64,000 nucleotides of DNA from Daphnia carinata (taxonomy: Eukaryota). The stretch spans positions 2,914,001 through 2,978,000 of the forward strand of contig NC_081333.1 of the NCBI RefSeq assembly GCF_022539665.2, in the 5' to 3' direction. Every line of letters begins with the position of its first letter. The first letter of the stretch is position 1. Below, in pieces: positions 52,953-64,000 of the stretch. The notes below the pieces were generated by a model. That model ran no database searches. It was not told where the DNA came from and saw only the letters and a program-made list of their open reading frames with translations. The position numbers and the translations under genes were made by a program.

Positions 52953-55900
52953 TTACGTGTCGGGATCGATACCCGTAAAGACGTCGCGACGCGCTTGCAA
53001 TGGCTGTCGTTGATGTTCGTTGTCTTGTCTGCGAATTCGGGCCCGTTTCAATTGGCGGCGGATCACTTCCAGGTTGGCCAGCGTTTCGGCCGCCTCGGGC
53101 AACAGGCAGGTCAAGACGGCCCTGTGCAGGCATTGACATTCGTTGGCCGCTTCTTCGGCCGGGTCCTTGACGTCGATCGGATCGCTCGGTTTGGCCGCTT
53201 GCGGCGAGTCAAATTGCTGAGGATCGTCGATGGATTGCGGCTCGGTTTGAGTCGGGACGGAGGCGCGCGACGGCGACACGACCCTGGACACGTTGTGCGC
53301 GTCTTTGGTCTTTTTGTCCAGGCCGTTTTTCATCATCAGCGCGTCCCCGGCATCGTTTTGCGGCGTCAGCTGGAGCCGCGTAGAGGTCGACTTGGCCTGA
53401 TGGACTATCGTCTTGTCTGAAGTAGGATCTTGGAAGTAATTCCAGTAAGAAACTGTGGCCACGGCCGGCGGAATGGCGTCGCCGTTTTGATTTGAAATCA
53501 GCAACGGCCACGCGGAACAATAAGCCGGCCGTCGTCGACGGACTGGACTCTCTTTACGGGCGATGTCGCAATCCTGGAACGCCGATGCGATGCGATATTC
53601 TATTGCAGAAATCTCTGGCGGAATGGCATCCAGCCGGCTGGATGCCATTCCGGCCTCGTTTTTCATGCCGGTCGCTGCAGTGGCGTGTGACGTGTCGTTC
53701 GATTGATCGATAAGGTGCCGTCCATCATCTACAGTCACGTCCGGTATTGATTCATCCGTAATCTCTTCCTGTCGTCGGCAGGCGGAAGACGGCCGAAATG
53801 CCGATGCGGCTCTTTCGCCACGTTTGCCGTCCGCTTCGTTCGAATCATCATCGGCATTCAGACGTTCTTGCGCGTGATAATAGACGTCGGCCTCTATCGT
53901 TTCCTGGCTGATGGAAGCCGATCCCGACGTTGGTTGGGTCACGTCTCCTTCATTTATCGCGCCTGATGGATTCGCCGTTGGTTCGACGTCCACGCCGTCC
54001 AATGCCTTACAAGGCGGAATGATGGCCACCACATCCGGATGGATTGATGAAAGATTACCTGCAATTTCATCCGCACATTCGGCTATCTCGAAAGAAATGC
54101 TATCCGTGAAAGGCTGGCCTGCGTCGTCCGCCATCGGATTACGAACGGTGCCAACTGGATCAATTATCTCTTCCGTATTGGTTTGTTTCTTCTCTCGCCG
54201 ATCAGCCGCACGCTGACCGTTGCATAAAAACACGGGTCCTCTATTCGTTTTGGCTTTGATCCGGCGGATGAGTGCGATCGATAGCCTTTTGCCGAAGCGC
54301 TTCCGGCGAATGAACGCGTTGATGTCCGCCTCTGTTTTCGCGGCCTCGTTGCAATGCATCTTCGTTTCCTTTCGCTTGGCTTTGCGCTCTTTTAGACGCT
54401 CTTGCCGCTCGTCGATGCAGGCGGCTAAGCGGGCGGGAAAGTTGGGCCATCCGGAGTACTCAATCGAAGGCTCGGTTTGCTCATTGGGCGGGTCTAACAG
54501 CTCGTTTTTATTCAGCGTCACTTCCCAAACGAGCGATTGATGTCTGACAATCTCTTGCAATTCGATTTGTGATTGATCGTCTTCTTCTTCTTCTTCTTCC
54601 TCCAGACTATCTCTGTCGCTCTCGTCATCGGGCACGTTAACGACCAATGATGTGCTTCGTTTAAGAACGGCCCTAGGCGCCGGATGATCCATTTGCTGTT
54701 GTTGTTGTTGTTGTTGTTGCTGCTTCTGCTGGCGGAAGGCCCACAATTTTCGTTGACGCACTTTAGCCACTTGGCGTTCGACCCAGCTAGGACCGACCGG
54801 AGACAAGGGCTGCGAAGTGTCATCCGCTGCGACGCCACCTTCCGCAACGATTCCGCAGGAAGGGGTGGCTAGAGGAGGAAGTCGTTGATCCATTTCATTT
54901 GCCACGGGGCAAATCTCGCTTTCCAGCGCTTCCGTTTCCTCCGGAATGGCAATGATTGGCAATTTGGCTGTGTGACGAGTGTCGTTATCGTGCCAATCTT
55001 CCATATCATCTCTCTGGATAGCGTCGAAATGAACGTGACGGTTTGCTCTCATCCGCCAGTTGGCAGTTCGTCGCTTCAGGATGGATCGTCCGGATGCGGT
55101 GGAACGCCACGCCGTAGAAGCCCCTTGCTCAACACTTTGGCTGTTGGCTTTCTGGCGGAGGATGTCGTCGAGTGGTCGTCTAATGAAACGCTCCCTGTGT
55201 TCCATACTTTGCTTGCGACGCCGTTCCAGGACGGTTTGAATGTAACGCCATCTCTCGGCGGCCGCCGTCGACTCCCTCGCCGAAAGCGATCTGCAATTCG
55301 AAATACAAAACAAAAAAACATTCAGATGAAGATGAGAGTTGCACGTTTTGCGGAGGACGGATGTTCCAATCACGATCGTGAATCTACCCCCGGTGGCTGT
55401 CCGCAATAGCCCAACGGGGAAGTGCGATGGTTAGAGGGAGAGGGGAGGGAGGGAGGGAAACGAGTCAAAAATTTTAATATTCCAAAACAGCGAGAGAGTT
55501 AGCCTCGCACAACAAAACTTGCGAAGAGGAATCGAGCTTTTGTGCTGCCGAGGGGAGGATTAATTTTCAATGAAGAACAGAGCCAGAGGCATAGCAGGTC
55601 GATCCGGCTTATAAGGGCGAAGCGATGCGAGTAAAAAAAAAAAAAAAAAAAAAACGGGAGGGGGGGGGGGGGAGAGCTGGATAACAGCAGCTTGTTGCCG
55701 CTTAAATATACATATACATGTATAGACGAGCCGAAAAACTTTGGTCTAGTCTACTAGAATATAATGAGACGGAAGCTCTTAACGAAAATCTATGCCAAGT
55801 AAGTTGGTGCGTTTTTTTTTTGTTTTTGTTTTTTTAATTATTATTTTCTTAAAATTTATGTTTTTGAAAGAGTAGCAGCAGATATTCAGTGGGACGCTCG

Positions 55901-57330
55901 GTTTCATTTTGGCCGCTTTCATTTTAGGACAAATGTATGTAAATGGGGCGTTAATGAAACGTACCTGACTTTGGTGCTGGATTGGGCGGCCAACTGCTTA
56001 AGCCGTTGATTCCTATGGATCGACTCTAGGCTGCCCCAATGCCGGAACGAAGTAGACGGAAGCGAATGAGACGAGAGTGGAAGTCGGCCGTCGATAGAAA
56101 ACGATCTGCCGTGAATTGCACCGCTTCCATTGCCGTTGATCCGACCGGAACAGTCTCGCTTCGACAGTTCGTACTGATGTTGGCGACTATCCAAAGTACT
56201 GCACGATTTACATTTTTTTTTTTTCTTTTTAACATAAAAATCTAAATGAATTTACTCTTTTAGAACGTTTTTTTTTTTTTTTGCATCTCATTTCATCGCT
56301 CCCACCACAACAATAAGTCGACTTACTTAGCCGGATGCACTTTCTTTTGATGTTTTTTTTTTTTTTCTATAGACATTTACGACCCACGTCTTTTTACATA
56401 TTTATAGAGTCTCTCGGCGTACAAGACGAAATGCAAATGAGCCGACTTACAAATTTGGCCACAATTAGATTCAATGTATACACAATTCGCAAATGGCAAC
56501 TTTAAAAACCTATGGCCATCTTAGTTGATCTAATCAATCACTAGTGTTTTTCGTAATGCCTCTTTGGCCGCTTTCATGAACCAAAGCTATTAATATCACT
56601 CATTTTTTTTTCCCTTTTTCCCATTATCTAATTAAAGTTACCGCCTTTCCTAACAACCCTCAGACATTTGCAGAGTTTGTCCCAATTGTGGACGATTGTC
56701 AAGGTAGAGCGCGCATAAAGTTTGCTAATAATGTGCTCTCTATCCATCAGCGTATATACCTCCCCCCCCCCCTCCCCTTTCGTATTGATTAGTTTCACAT
56801 GCATGGGTAACGAACAGGTAAAATAATGTAGTGCTGCTCTGCGTAGAGATACCATCGTCGCGTTCTATTTTTGTTTTCCTCCCTCCGAACACCATTTGAA
56901 TAGTGGTTTGCATGCGGGATGTTATTATTCAATATAGAAAGACTAACGTGGTGGCTAGTAACAAGCATGAAACTCTAAAAATGGGGGAGGGCTAAAACAA
57001 AACATATTGACAACGTACTCCCTGCCCTTTTTGTTTTGTTTTTGTTTTTCATTTAGAAGTGGCCAGATGATGTCTGTGTGAATACCATTACCTAATTAAT
57101 GGTGAATGAGCGCCATGACGTCGTAGAGATGCAATCCAGGAATTTGATGCGCGACTGCTCTGGATGACGTTGTTGCGGACCGAGTTATTGGTCGGAGAGT
57201 AGAAGAGACAGAATGGATTACCGCTGCTGTTGCTGACAGCACTTATTCCACCGATGCTCGGACTGCTGCAGTTGGATGCGACGTGCAGCTGGAATGGCCA
57301 TCCGTCAGGAGTTTCATCCGCCAACTCCAT
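52953..57330 (-). CDS. Uncharacterised, largely disordered ~930-aa protein with polyQ/polyE tracts and SILK + RVxF-like motifs
   Basis: A 2.3-kb open, GC-richer terminal exon 55290-52953 follows a ttgcag acceptor. It joins in frame (phase 2) to upstream exons 56198-55965 and 57330-57092 (MELADETPDG...). No known domain recognised. Confidence 0.72.
54693..54722 (-). repeat. Coding CAA/CAG trinucleotide repeat (polyQ); a GAA polyE repeat lies nearby at about 54581-54600
   Basis: A ttg/ctg run on + encodes Q10 in the long ORF. Confidence 0.8.
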
Positions 57331-58676
57331 TGTTGAAGGGCTACGCTTCCTTCCTTTTGATTGAATTCCCTCTTCTTTTTTTTCTTTTTTTTTCTGCGTC
57401 CGGTGCTGTTGTCTGCCTTTTTTTTTCGATTGTAATCTAAAAAAATTTCGAAACACTCGCTATTTTTTTTTCAGATTGTGGGTTGAAGATTCTTCATTCT
57501 TGTGTTTGCGGCTGTTACTTCGCCGTCTTTTCTTATCACTGTGGACATACCGGTCCAAGTGAAAGTTCTACGAGACGATCGAGTCTTTTGTAGCGGTTTT
57601 CTTCCTCAGGTTGTCGTCATGGAGACGCACACGAGGCAGCACAGCAACATCCCAGCAGGAGAAATGTTCACAAACACACACTTTAGTTTCCAATACCGAA
57701 GGCCAGCTCTCCGTTAGCGTTCGATATTCTGCGGCCTGTGCGTTTGTCGATATCCCCCATTTTTATTTTTATTTTTTTTTTTTTTCACGTAGACCACAGA
57801 GAACCGTGCAAAAAATAAAAGCCGAACTGCATTACTGTGTATTTACGTAACAGGCGCGACACGTCGTGCTTAAATGGCGGACTTGCGGCATCTGCCTTAC
57901 TACCCGATATGAAATGTCTAGTCGACTTTGTAGATGTAATCTCCCTGGAAAAAATATTGGTGTATAACGCTTTTGAATATTGAACTGGAGAAGGAAAAAA
58001 AAGGGCACACAGCTACTGACTCATTTTTGATAAAAATTCAATGTTCTCCTTCATTTTATTTGCTAGTATGGGATCCACAACGGCTCGAACTGTGAATTTA
58101 TTAAAAAGCATTGTTGACGTAACTATAATCTGGATAAATATACTTTCGTCAGACAAATTTTTAATCTATTTTTATGTACGTACGATGTCGGGATATAGTC
58201 ATGTTTTTATTGTGAGATGGTATTGCCCAGATGCTTTGGTGTTTTGGTGATTCTTTGCAAGAAAAGGATAAGATCATAATATACATGCCGCACGCAACGC
58301 ACCATATGTTGTTGTCACATCACGAAGATGTGCTTGAAGCTTTTCGGCCCGACATGGAAAAATTCATTACTATAATGAGACGTGGAAAAGAGATCAACGG
58401 ATGACTTAGGGGTCACGACAACATACCCTTCTTTGCTTCACTAATTCAAATACTTAATTAAAAGTAACGGGTATATCTATATATTACGTAATCAAGCAAG
58501 TGGCAGTGAAATGCCCAGCAAGAACACCATGACAACTATCGATGGTTAAGCTTGCTTTCGTTGAGATGTTCAAATTAGAAATGGCATTTCTGGTTTCAAT
58601 AGCATTTCTGCCGAATCGTTGATCAAAAATTCAAAATAATGGAGTAAAATAGCAAATAGTAAATGAACGAAGGTCT

Positions 58677-58735
58677 TGGCGGCACCGCATCACTGGCAAC
58701 ACTGCATTCGAATGGCGGCTGGTTGAGCAGACGAT
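58677..58735 (+). promoter_or_regulatory. Putative URB1 core promoter (TGGCAACACTG, YY1/Pho-like AATGGCGGC, GCAGACGA)
   Basis: TGGCAACACTG at 58694-58704, AATGGCGGC at 58711-58719 and GCAGACGAT at 58727-58735, about 110-150 bp upstream of the ATG. Confidence 0.4.
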
Positions 58736-58841
58736 ATTTGGAAACAAAACTCAAATTTTACATCTCACGTCGTTTGCACGTGGTTGACATTTGAATAAGT
58801 TTTGTACAGTTTGTGCTAGAAAGATTCGGTGTAGTTTCACC

Positions 58842-61800
58842 ATGCAGTCACCTGAGAAACGAAAAAACCCATCAGATGTTGAGGACGAAGAAAATGAACC
58901 AGAAATGGAAAGTGAAAATCCGGAAACGTCTGAACAAAATGTTACCAAAGCAGGTGTCAAGAAACGTAAACGGGATTTAGCGTGGTCGTTTATGGAGGGT
59001 TTGGCAGGCCCAGAACCATTTGAAGGTATGAAATTATAACACCTTGAGTGCATGATCTTATGTTTTCAAAACATCATAGTCTAAGTGTTTGTTTGAACTT
59101 TCTCGCCTAGCTCTCAAGAGTTTCATTGCTTCAGCGGAAGCATTCAAAGCCAAGGAACACGGAGCTGTTGATATTGTCAAGGATTTCTTTCAGAATGGTG
59201 GGACTGGCAGGGAGTTTCTGCCACTTTTGGACTTGCCCAAATTTAAAACAAATGAAGTCACAATAGTTTTTAACAGTCTCGAAATTCTCTTTCAAAGGTA
59301 AAAACTCACAAACCTCACAATTCTTATGCCATGATATTGTAACAAAGTTATTTTTATAAACAAACAGAATGGCGAGTGACCTAACCGAATATCGTGATTT
59401 GGGCGCAAATATAGCGAGCAGCATTCTCAAATCACACATGGATACAATCTATAGGACAATGCTACCTTCTTCAACTGCCACACAAATTAAATCGGCGCTC
59501 AGGCTTCTTACCACAATGGTTACCCTCGGTCACCTGACAGCCCGCGCAGTGATCACTCGTGTAGACTTTGCTCACGAAAACCTTGTAGAAGCTAGTCAAC
59601 GTAAATCGCTACATGACTTGCCAGACGTGCGCTCCACTTTTGTCATGTTCATCACTTCTTTCTTGTTGGAAGAAGATTCAATGCTATTGCGTACGATTAG
59701 CGAAAATCCAGCTATTCTCTGGCCTGTCTTTTTCCACCTCCGTACTGACACCATCGGTGTAGTACAGCTTTTTCTGGAAGCTCTCCGCGACAAAGTTGTG
59801 ATGAACCCGATGCTCAGCAAAACGCTTAAATTTCACATTTTCAAATCAAGCCATTTAGTACAGTTGATGCGTCTTTTCCACTGGATCGGACCACAAAAGC
59901 CAAAAAGAATTGGTAAGGAAGACAGCGCTGAAGAGCCTCCTCTCGATGAAGCTTTGGAGGAGGACAAAGTTACGGTAGCAGAACTTCTTCAAAGTCTCTT
60001 GCTTTCCCTCACGACTTCACACAAATACGGAATAGCTTTTCCTGATTACAATCTCGGTGTTGATTCCACAACGAAGAACAGCCTGATCCTTGAAATGTTA
60101 CAGGTATGCCATCGCATCTGTTATTCTTGATAGCATGTACATCTTCTTATTTATTTATTTATCTTTTTTTTTTTCTGTAGAATTTGTTCAACTTCTGGGG
60201 TGGAACTACGCCGCGTATTGTCGAAATCCAGTCGCAGCTTGTCGTCAAGACGATAGAAAAATGTCCAGATTTGTTGGATTGCTATTTTCGAAGTTTGGCA
60301 CCAGAAATTGACCTTATCCGAATGTCAGTTCCATGGCTGAAGCTGTGCAGCGTCGTGAAGCAAATCATTCAAGCCCAGAATTTGACAATGGTATTCAATC
60401 CAAAAGAAAAACACACTGTAGCTCAACAGATGCTACGTGCAGCCACCTTGGTTGGTCCACTTTCCCTTCCGCGAAATTTTTTCACGAAAGGTTTGCTCAT
60501 AGAGCATTCCGGCATCAGAATGAACGTCGGCGAGATTCTTCAGGTCATATTTACCAAAGTCAACGAATTCCATGATATTTTAATGAAGAACCCAAAAGCA
60601 AATATGTATTCGGAAACTGAAAAGAAGGAAATCTTTTTAGCCTTTAAGAGTAAATGGAACACTTCGCCTTTCTAGTCTTCATTGTGCCAATATATTATTC
60701 TCTTTCTTTATAGAGAAAATCTCGTGGCAAGTACCGCAGACGTCAAAATTGATTATAATCTGCCGTGAAATGCCCACCTTCAAAAATCAAGTGTGGTACG
60801 GAAAATGTTGGCTAGTTATTTTAGATCTATTGGTAAACTATGCAAAATTCGGATGGATACCAGTAGAGGTAATATTGTCAAAAGATAGATATATTATTTT
60901 AGTGCATGATTTTATCCAATTAAAGAAAATTTTTATTTTTAGGAACAAATCAATTTGCCGGCAACGGAAATGGCCGAAGCTGTAATGGAATGTGATAACG
61001 ATTTTTCTATCAATGAAGATCTTTTGCAAAACCTGAAATTGGCTATATTTACCCTTATCTCTTCGTTATCACATCTTCCAAAAATGAATGAAGAGCAACA
61101 AAAGCTTTTGGTTTCCCAACTATCATCGTGCCTGAAAAAAAACATCAGGCCCGAATTACGATTGTGTGTTGGCTCACTGCTGCTCAAACTAGCCAATCAG
61201 CCAGAGGTGCCACATGTACACCTGTCCTCAACCGAGTTAAATATCTGGACATCTATGCTAGAAAGGCATCCTGAAACCACTGAATTTTTCGCTAAAGTCT
61301 TTTCATCTTTCTTGACGTCATCCGAATCGTATACCGAAGAGTATGAATCCATTTTCGGTCCTCTGAAGACTGAAAAACAAGAACAGCCATGCAGCCAACT
61401 TCTCCTGGTGGCTTCGAAATGCATTAAGCAAATAGACGGTGATCAGGAACCCATCGCCTCTTATATCACGGCAGTAATGTGCAATCTAGTACTTAGCCAA
61501 AATGGTGATCCGAAAGCCTTCGCAAACGTACTGTCAAAAGCCGTACCCAAGAGCCTATCTTCGAGACCAGCACTAAACAGTTTTCTAAAATCGTGGACTA
61601 AGAAGAAGCCACCGGCTGACATATCGACAGTTGAGCTGGATCCCACGTCCGTAATGCTCTACAACTGCTGCTTTCCGAATGAATTGGATTGGACTACATT
61701 AAAGATGGAATGGGAAAGCGAAATTGCTGCCAAGAGAAATCGATTAGACATTGTCGAAGTAGCTTTCTATCAATGTCTTACCTGCCTCTCGTTATCTACT

Positions 61801-64000
61801 GCGCGGAAGGCGGCTCAGTTGAACATTTTAAGCCTCTTACGCATCCTTGTCGACGGTGAAGTCGATGAATCGGGCTATCCACTTCACGTCAAGTTGCTCG
61901 AAGATTCTCGCACTTTACAGTGGTTCGACCTGATGAACACACGTGATTCGTACATTGTGGATTTCAATTCGCTCGTCCAAGACTCGTTGAAGCTTGTCCA
62001 AGATCATCGTTTAGATCAGCTCTACCAGCGTAAATTGAACGATTCGATCGCCTCTGTTATCCAAGGCGAAGGTTCCCTTGAAGAAATCGACGAAGACAAG
62101 CTACTGCACTCATTATCTGAATTAAAGATTAACGAAATTGAGCCACAAATTCAATCGCTTGTTCATCGGTTAACGTCCACAGCCGACGACGTTTGCCTGC
62201 GTTATCTGAATGTTTTTCTTCAGTTAGCTGGTAGACTGCGACTAGAAGGTGTAATGCAACGGATCTCGTGGTCAGTTTTTTCACAAGCCCTTCAGCTTTT
62301 TGTTTCCTTCGAGGCCACTCCAATTTTGAAGAAAGGCATCTACGATGTTGCCAGCGTCTGCCCAGAATTTCTCGATGCAATCGACGACTTCACGTCTGTT
62401 TTAAACGCTTGCCTCAAATCCAAGTGGGATTACACATCCTTCTGCCTTCTTTTGGTTACTTCATCGAGCCAATTGTGCACTGCATTCGGTCAGTGGTGTC
62501 TGGGACACAAAAAACGTTTAAAAGATGTCAACTGGAGGTTGCAAATCGTTCCAGCTTATCTCGCGCATGCTGCAGCCGACGACAAAGTTTTGGACATGAT
62601 CCATCGATATATTTCTCCAGTACTGAAACAGCTGTTGGTCAATCGCTCCGATTTCCTTAAAGTATGTGAAGAAATTCCAAAATTAACGGAATTTCTCAGC
62701 TTCATAATACCGAAACGTTGGAATGTGGAGGACTGCCATGAATTGGCCACACAACTGTTGGCAAACACCAAAAAAGGTTTCAGTTGTTCGCAGTTTGTTG
62801 AAGCCGGTAGGCATGGCACCCATTATGATCTTCATGCCAAACTATGTCTCCATGCAACTGTTCGGCAGTTCAAATCGGAGAACCCAGAACCAAGTGAAGT
62901 GCAGCGGCTCACCCAAGAATTCGATTGGCTATCCAAACAGACACAAGCTGATCTCCCTACCTTGGCCAAATGCATTGTTGAAGATGATGTTTGGGATAAA
63001 TTCCTCAAGTATACGCTGCGTATCGGTCTTCGTGCTCTCACTATTAGTGAATCACCTCTACCACCTTTGGCCCTGGGACTCATGACTAACGTTTGGCATT
63101 TACTTTTGGCCGGCCAAGGAGAAGAAGTGGCGACAGCATCACAAAAGGTACTTTATCCAAGGAAAAACAACGCGAACTGACCTTTAACATTTTCTGAATT
63201 TCGAGTGCAGGTCCATGAGATGGTTATCAGCCATTCGGAATTTATGACTGTTATAATGGACGAAAGGGAGACGTATACTGAGCAAAAGAAAGCAGTTTTG
63301 CAACTCTTGACCGTATTGATACAAGTGAATCCAAAAATTTGTCAAGGCAGTCAAATTCCTTTGCTGTTGTCCTCTTATTACGCAACCAGATCGACTTCCG
63401 ATCAACTTATTTTAGGATTGTTGCGGACCTACGAGAAAAATGGCGTTGTACTGTCGCCTTTCAAGTAAGAATTTGAACTGCTAGTTTTCAAATCAGCTAA
63501 TGGGTAATTTATGTTTTTGATTTATTTACAAAGGCCTTATTTATGGGGACCAGCGGCCGCTGCTCATTATTCAATTCAAAGGGGTGTAGCAACTCGGGTT
63601 GCTAAATTGCCAGAAGCTACTGAAGTGCTAGCTTTATTGAATAGCAAAAAGCTACTTCACACCGCCTATAATTTCCCCATCGAACTCAGGCTCAATGGCA
63701 TGGAAATTACTCGAGAAAGTGAAGACTACGATCCGCGTTTCACTCTTTTGTCATTAGTTCACATTCTCTCATCACAGTATGACGTCCAGTGTAGCAGGTT
63801 CTCGCAATCTGGAGCCATATCATTACTTTTCGCTACTCTCAGCAGCCCATGCAGTGATGTATAAGTTTCATTCAAATGTGTGGTTTTATAGCGTTATTGA
63901 AATCCGCCGTTTTGCTTGTAGATGAGATCGATCGGTTGGCTCGGTCTGAGCCGCCTTTATGACCAGCTTCAAAGTGCGACCGCTTGGCCGGAACGTTGCT
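58842..64000 (+). CDS. URB1: Nucleolar pre-ribosomal-associated protein 1 (URB1/Npa1), 5' part; continues beyond the right edge
   Basis: Npa1 N-terminal domain-like PDVRSTFVMFITSFL...LRDKVVMNPMLSKTLK, long helical exons, and the C-terminal-domain motifs LLSSYYATRSTSDQLILGLLRTYEK and YDPRF. Short GT-AG introns keep frame. Confidence 0.88.

Noticed and set aside
52665..53420. 251-aa plus-strand ORF and other ORFs antisense to the 817-aa ORF
   Set aside because: Shadow frames of a GC-rich coding exon running into homopolymers; no protein-like features.
55291..55406. N-terminal 38 aa of the 817-aa ORF (MRTATGG...)
   Set aside because: Starts at TTG and ends in a polypyrimidine tract plus CAG acceptor, so it is treated as intron.
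1..64000. CRISPR arrays, tRNA/rRNA genes, transposase or reverse-transcriptase ORFs
   Set aside because: No regularly spaced repeats, recognisable RNA gene motifs or TE-coding ORFs were seen.

Overview
Eukaryotic, AT-rich, intron-containing DNA from a compact arthropod genome. The many 55-85 nt GT-AG introns and the Dpr-family genes suggest a crustacean such as Daphnia; this is inference, not proven. In order the window holds: the 5' part of an M1 aminopeptidase (-), legumain (-), CDK5RAP1 (+, head-to-head with legumain), TMEM242 (+), two tandem paralogous Dpr-like two-Ig, probably GPI-anchored cell-recognition genes (-; CDS 9251-17044 and 29655-40350), an unrecognised low-complexity ~930-aa gene with PP1-docking-like motifs (-), and the 5' part of URB1/Npa1 (+). 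The most unusual signal is the Dpr pair. Their long introns and signal-peptide exon are largely unalignable, yet Ig exon 3 (161/162 nt) and exon 5 (253/256 nt) are almost identical, which points to exon-restricted gene conversion. A shared core promoter and collinear intronic motif blocks also survive between the copies. No prokaryotic features, CRISPR arrays, tRNA/rRNA or intact transposons were seen. Exon models and identity counts were made by eye.
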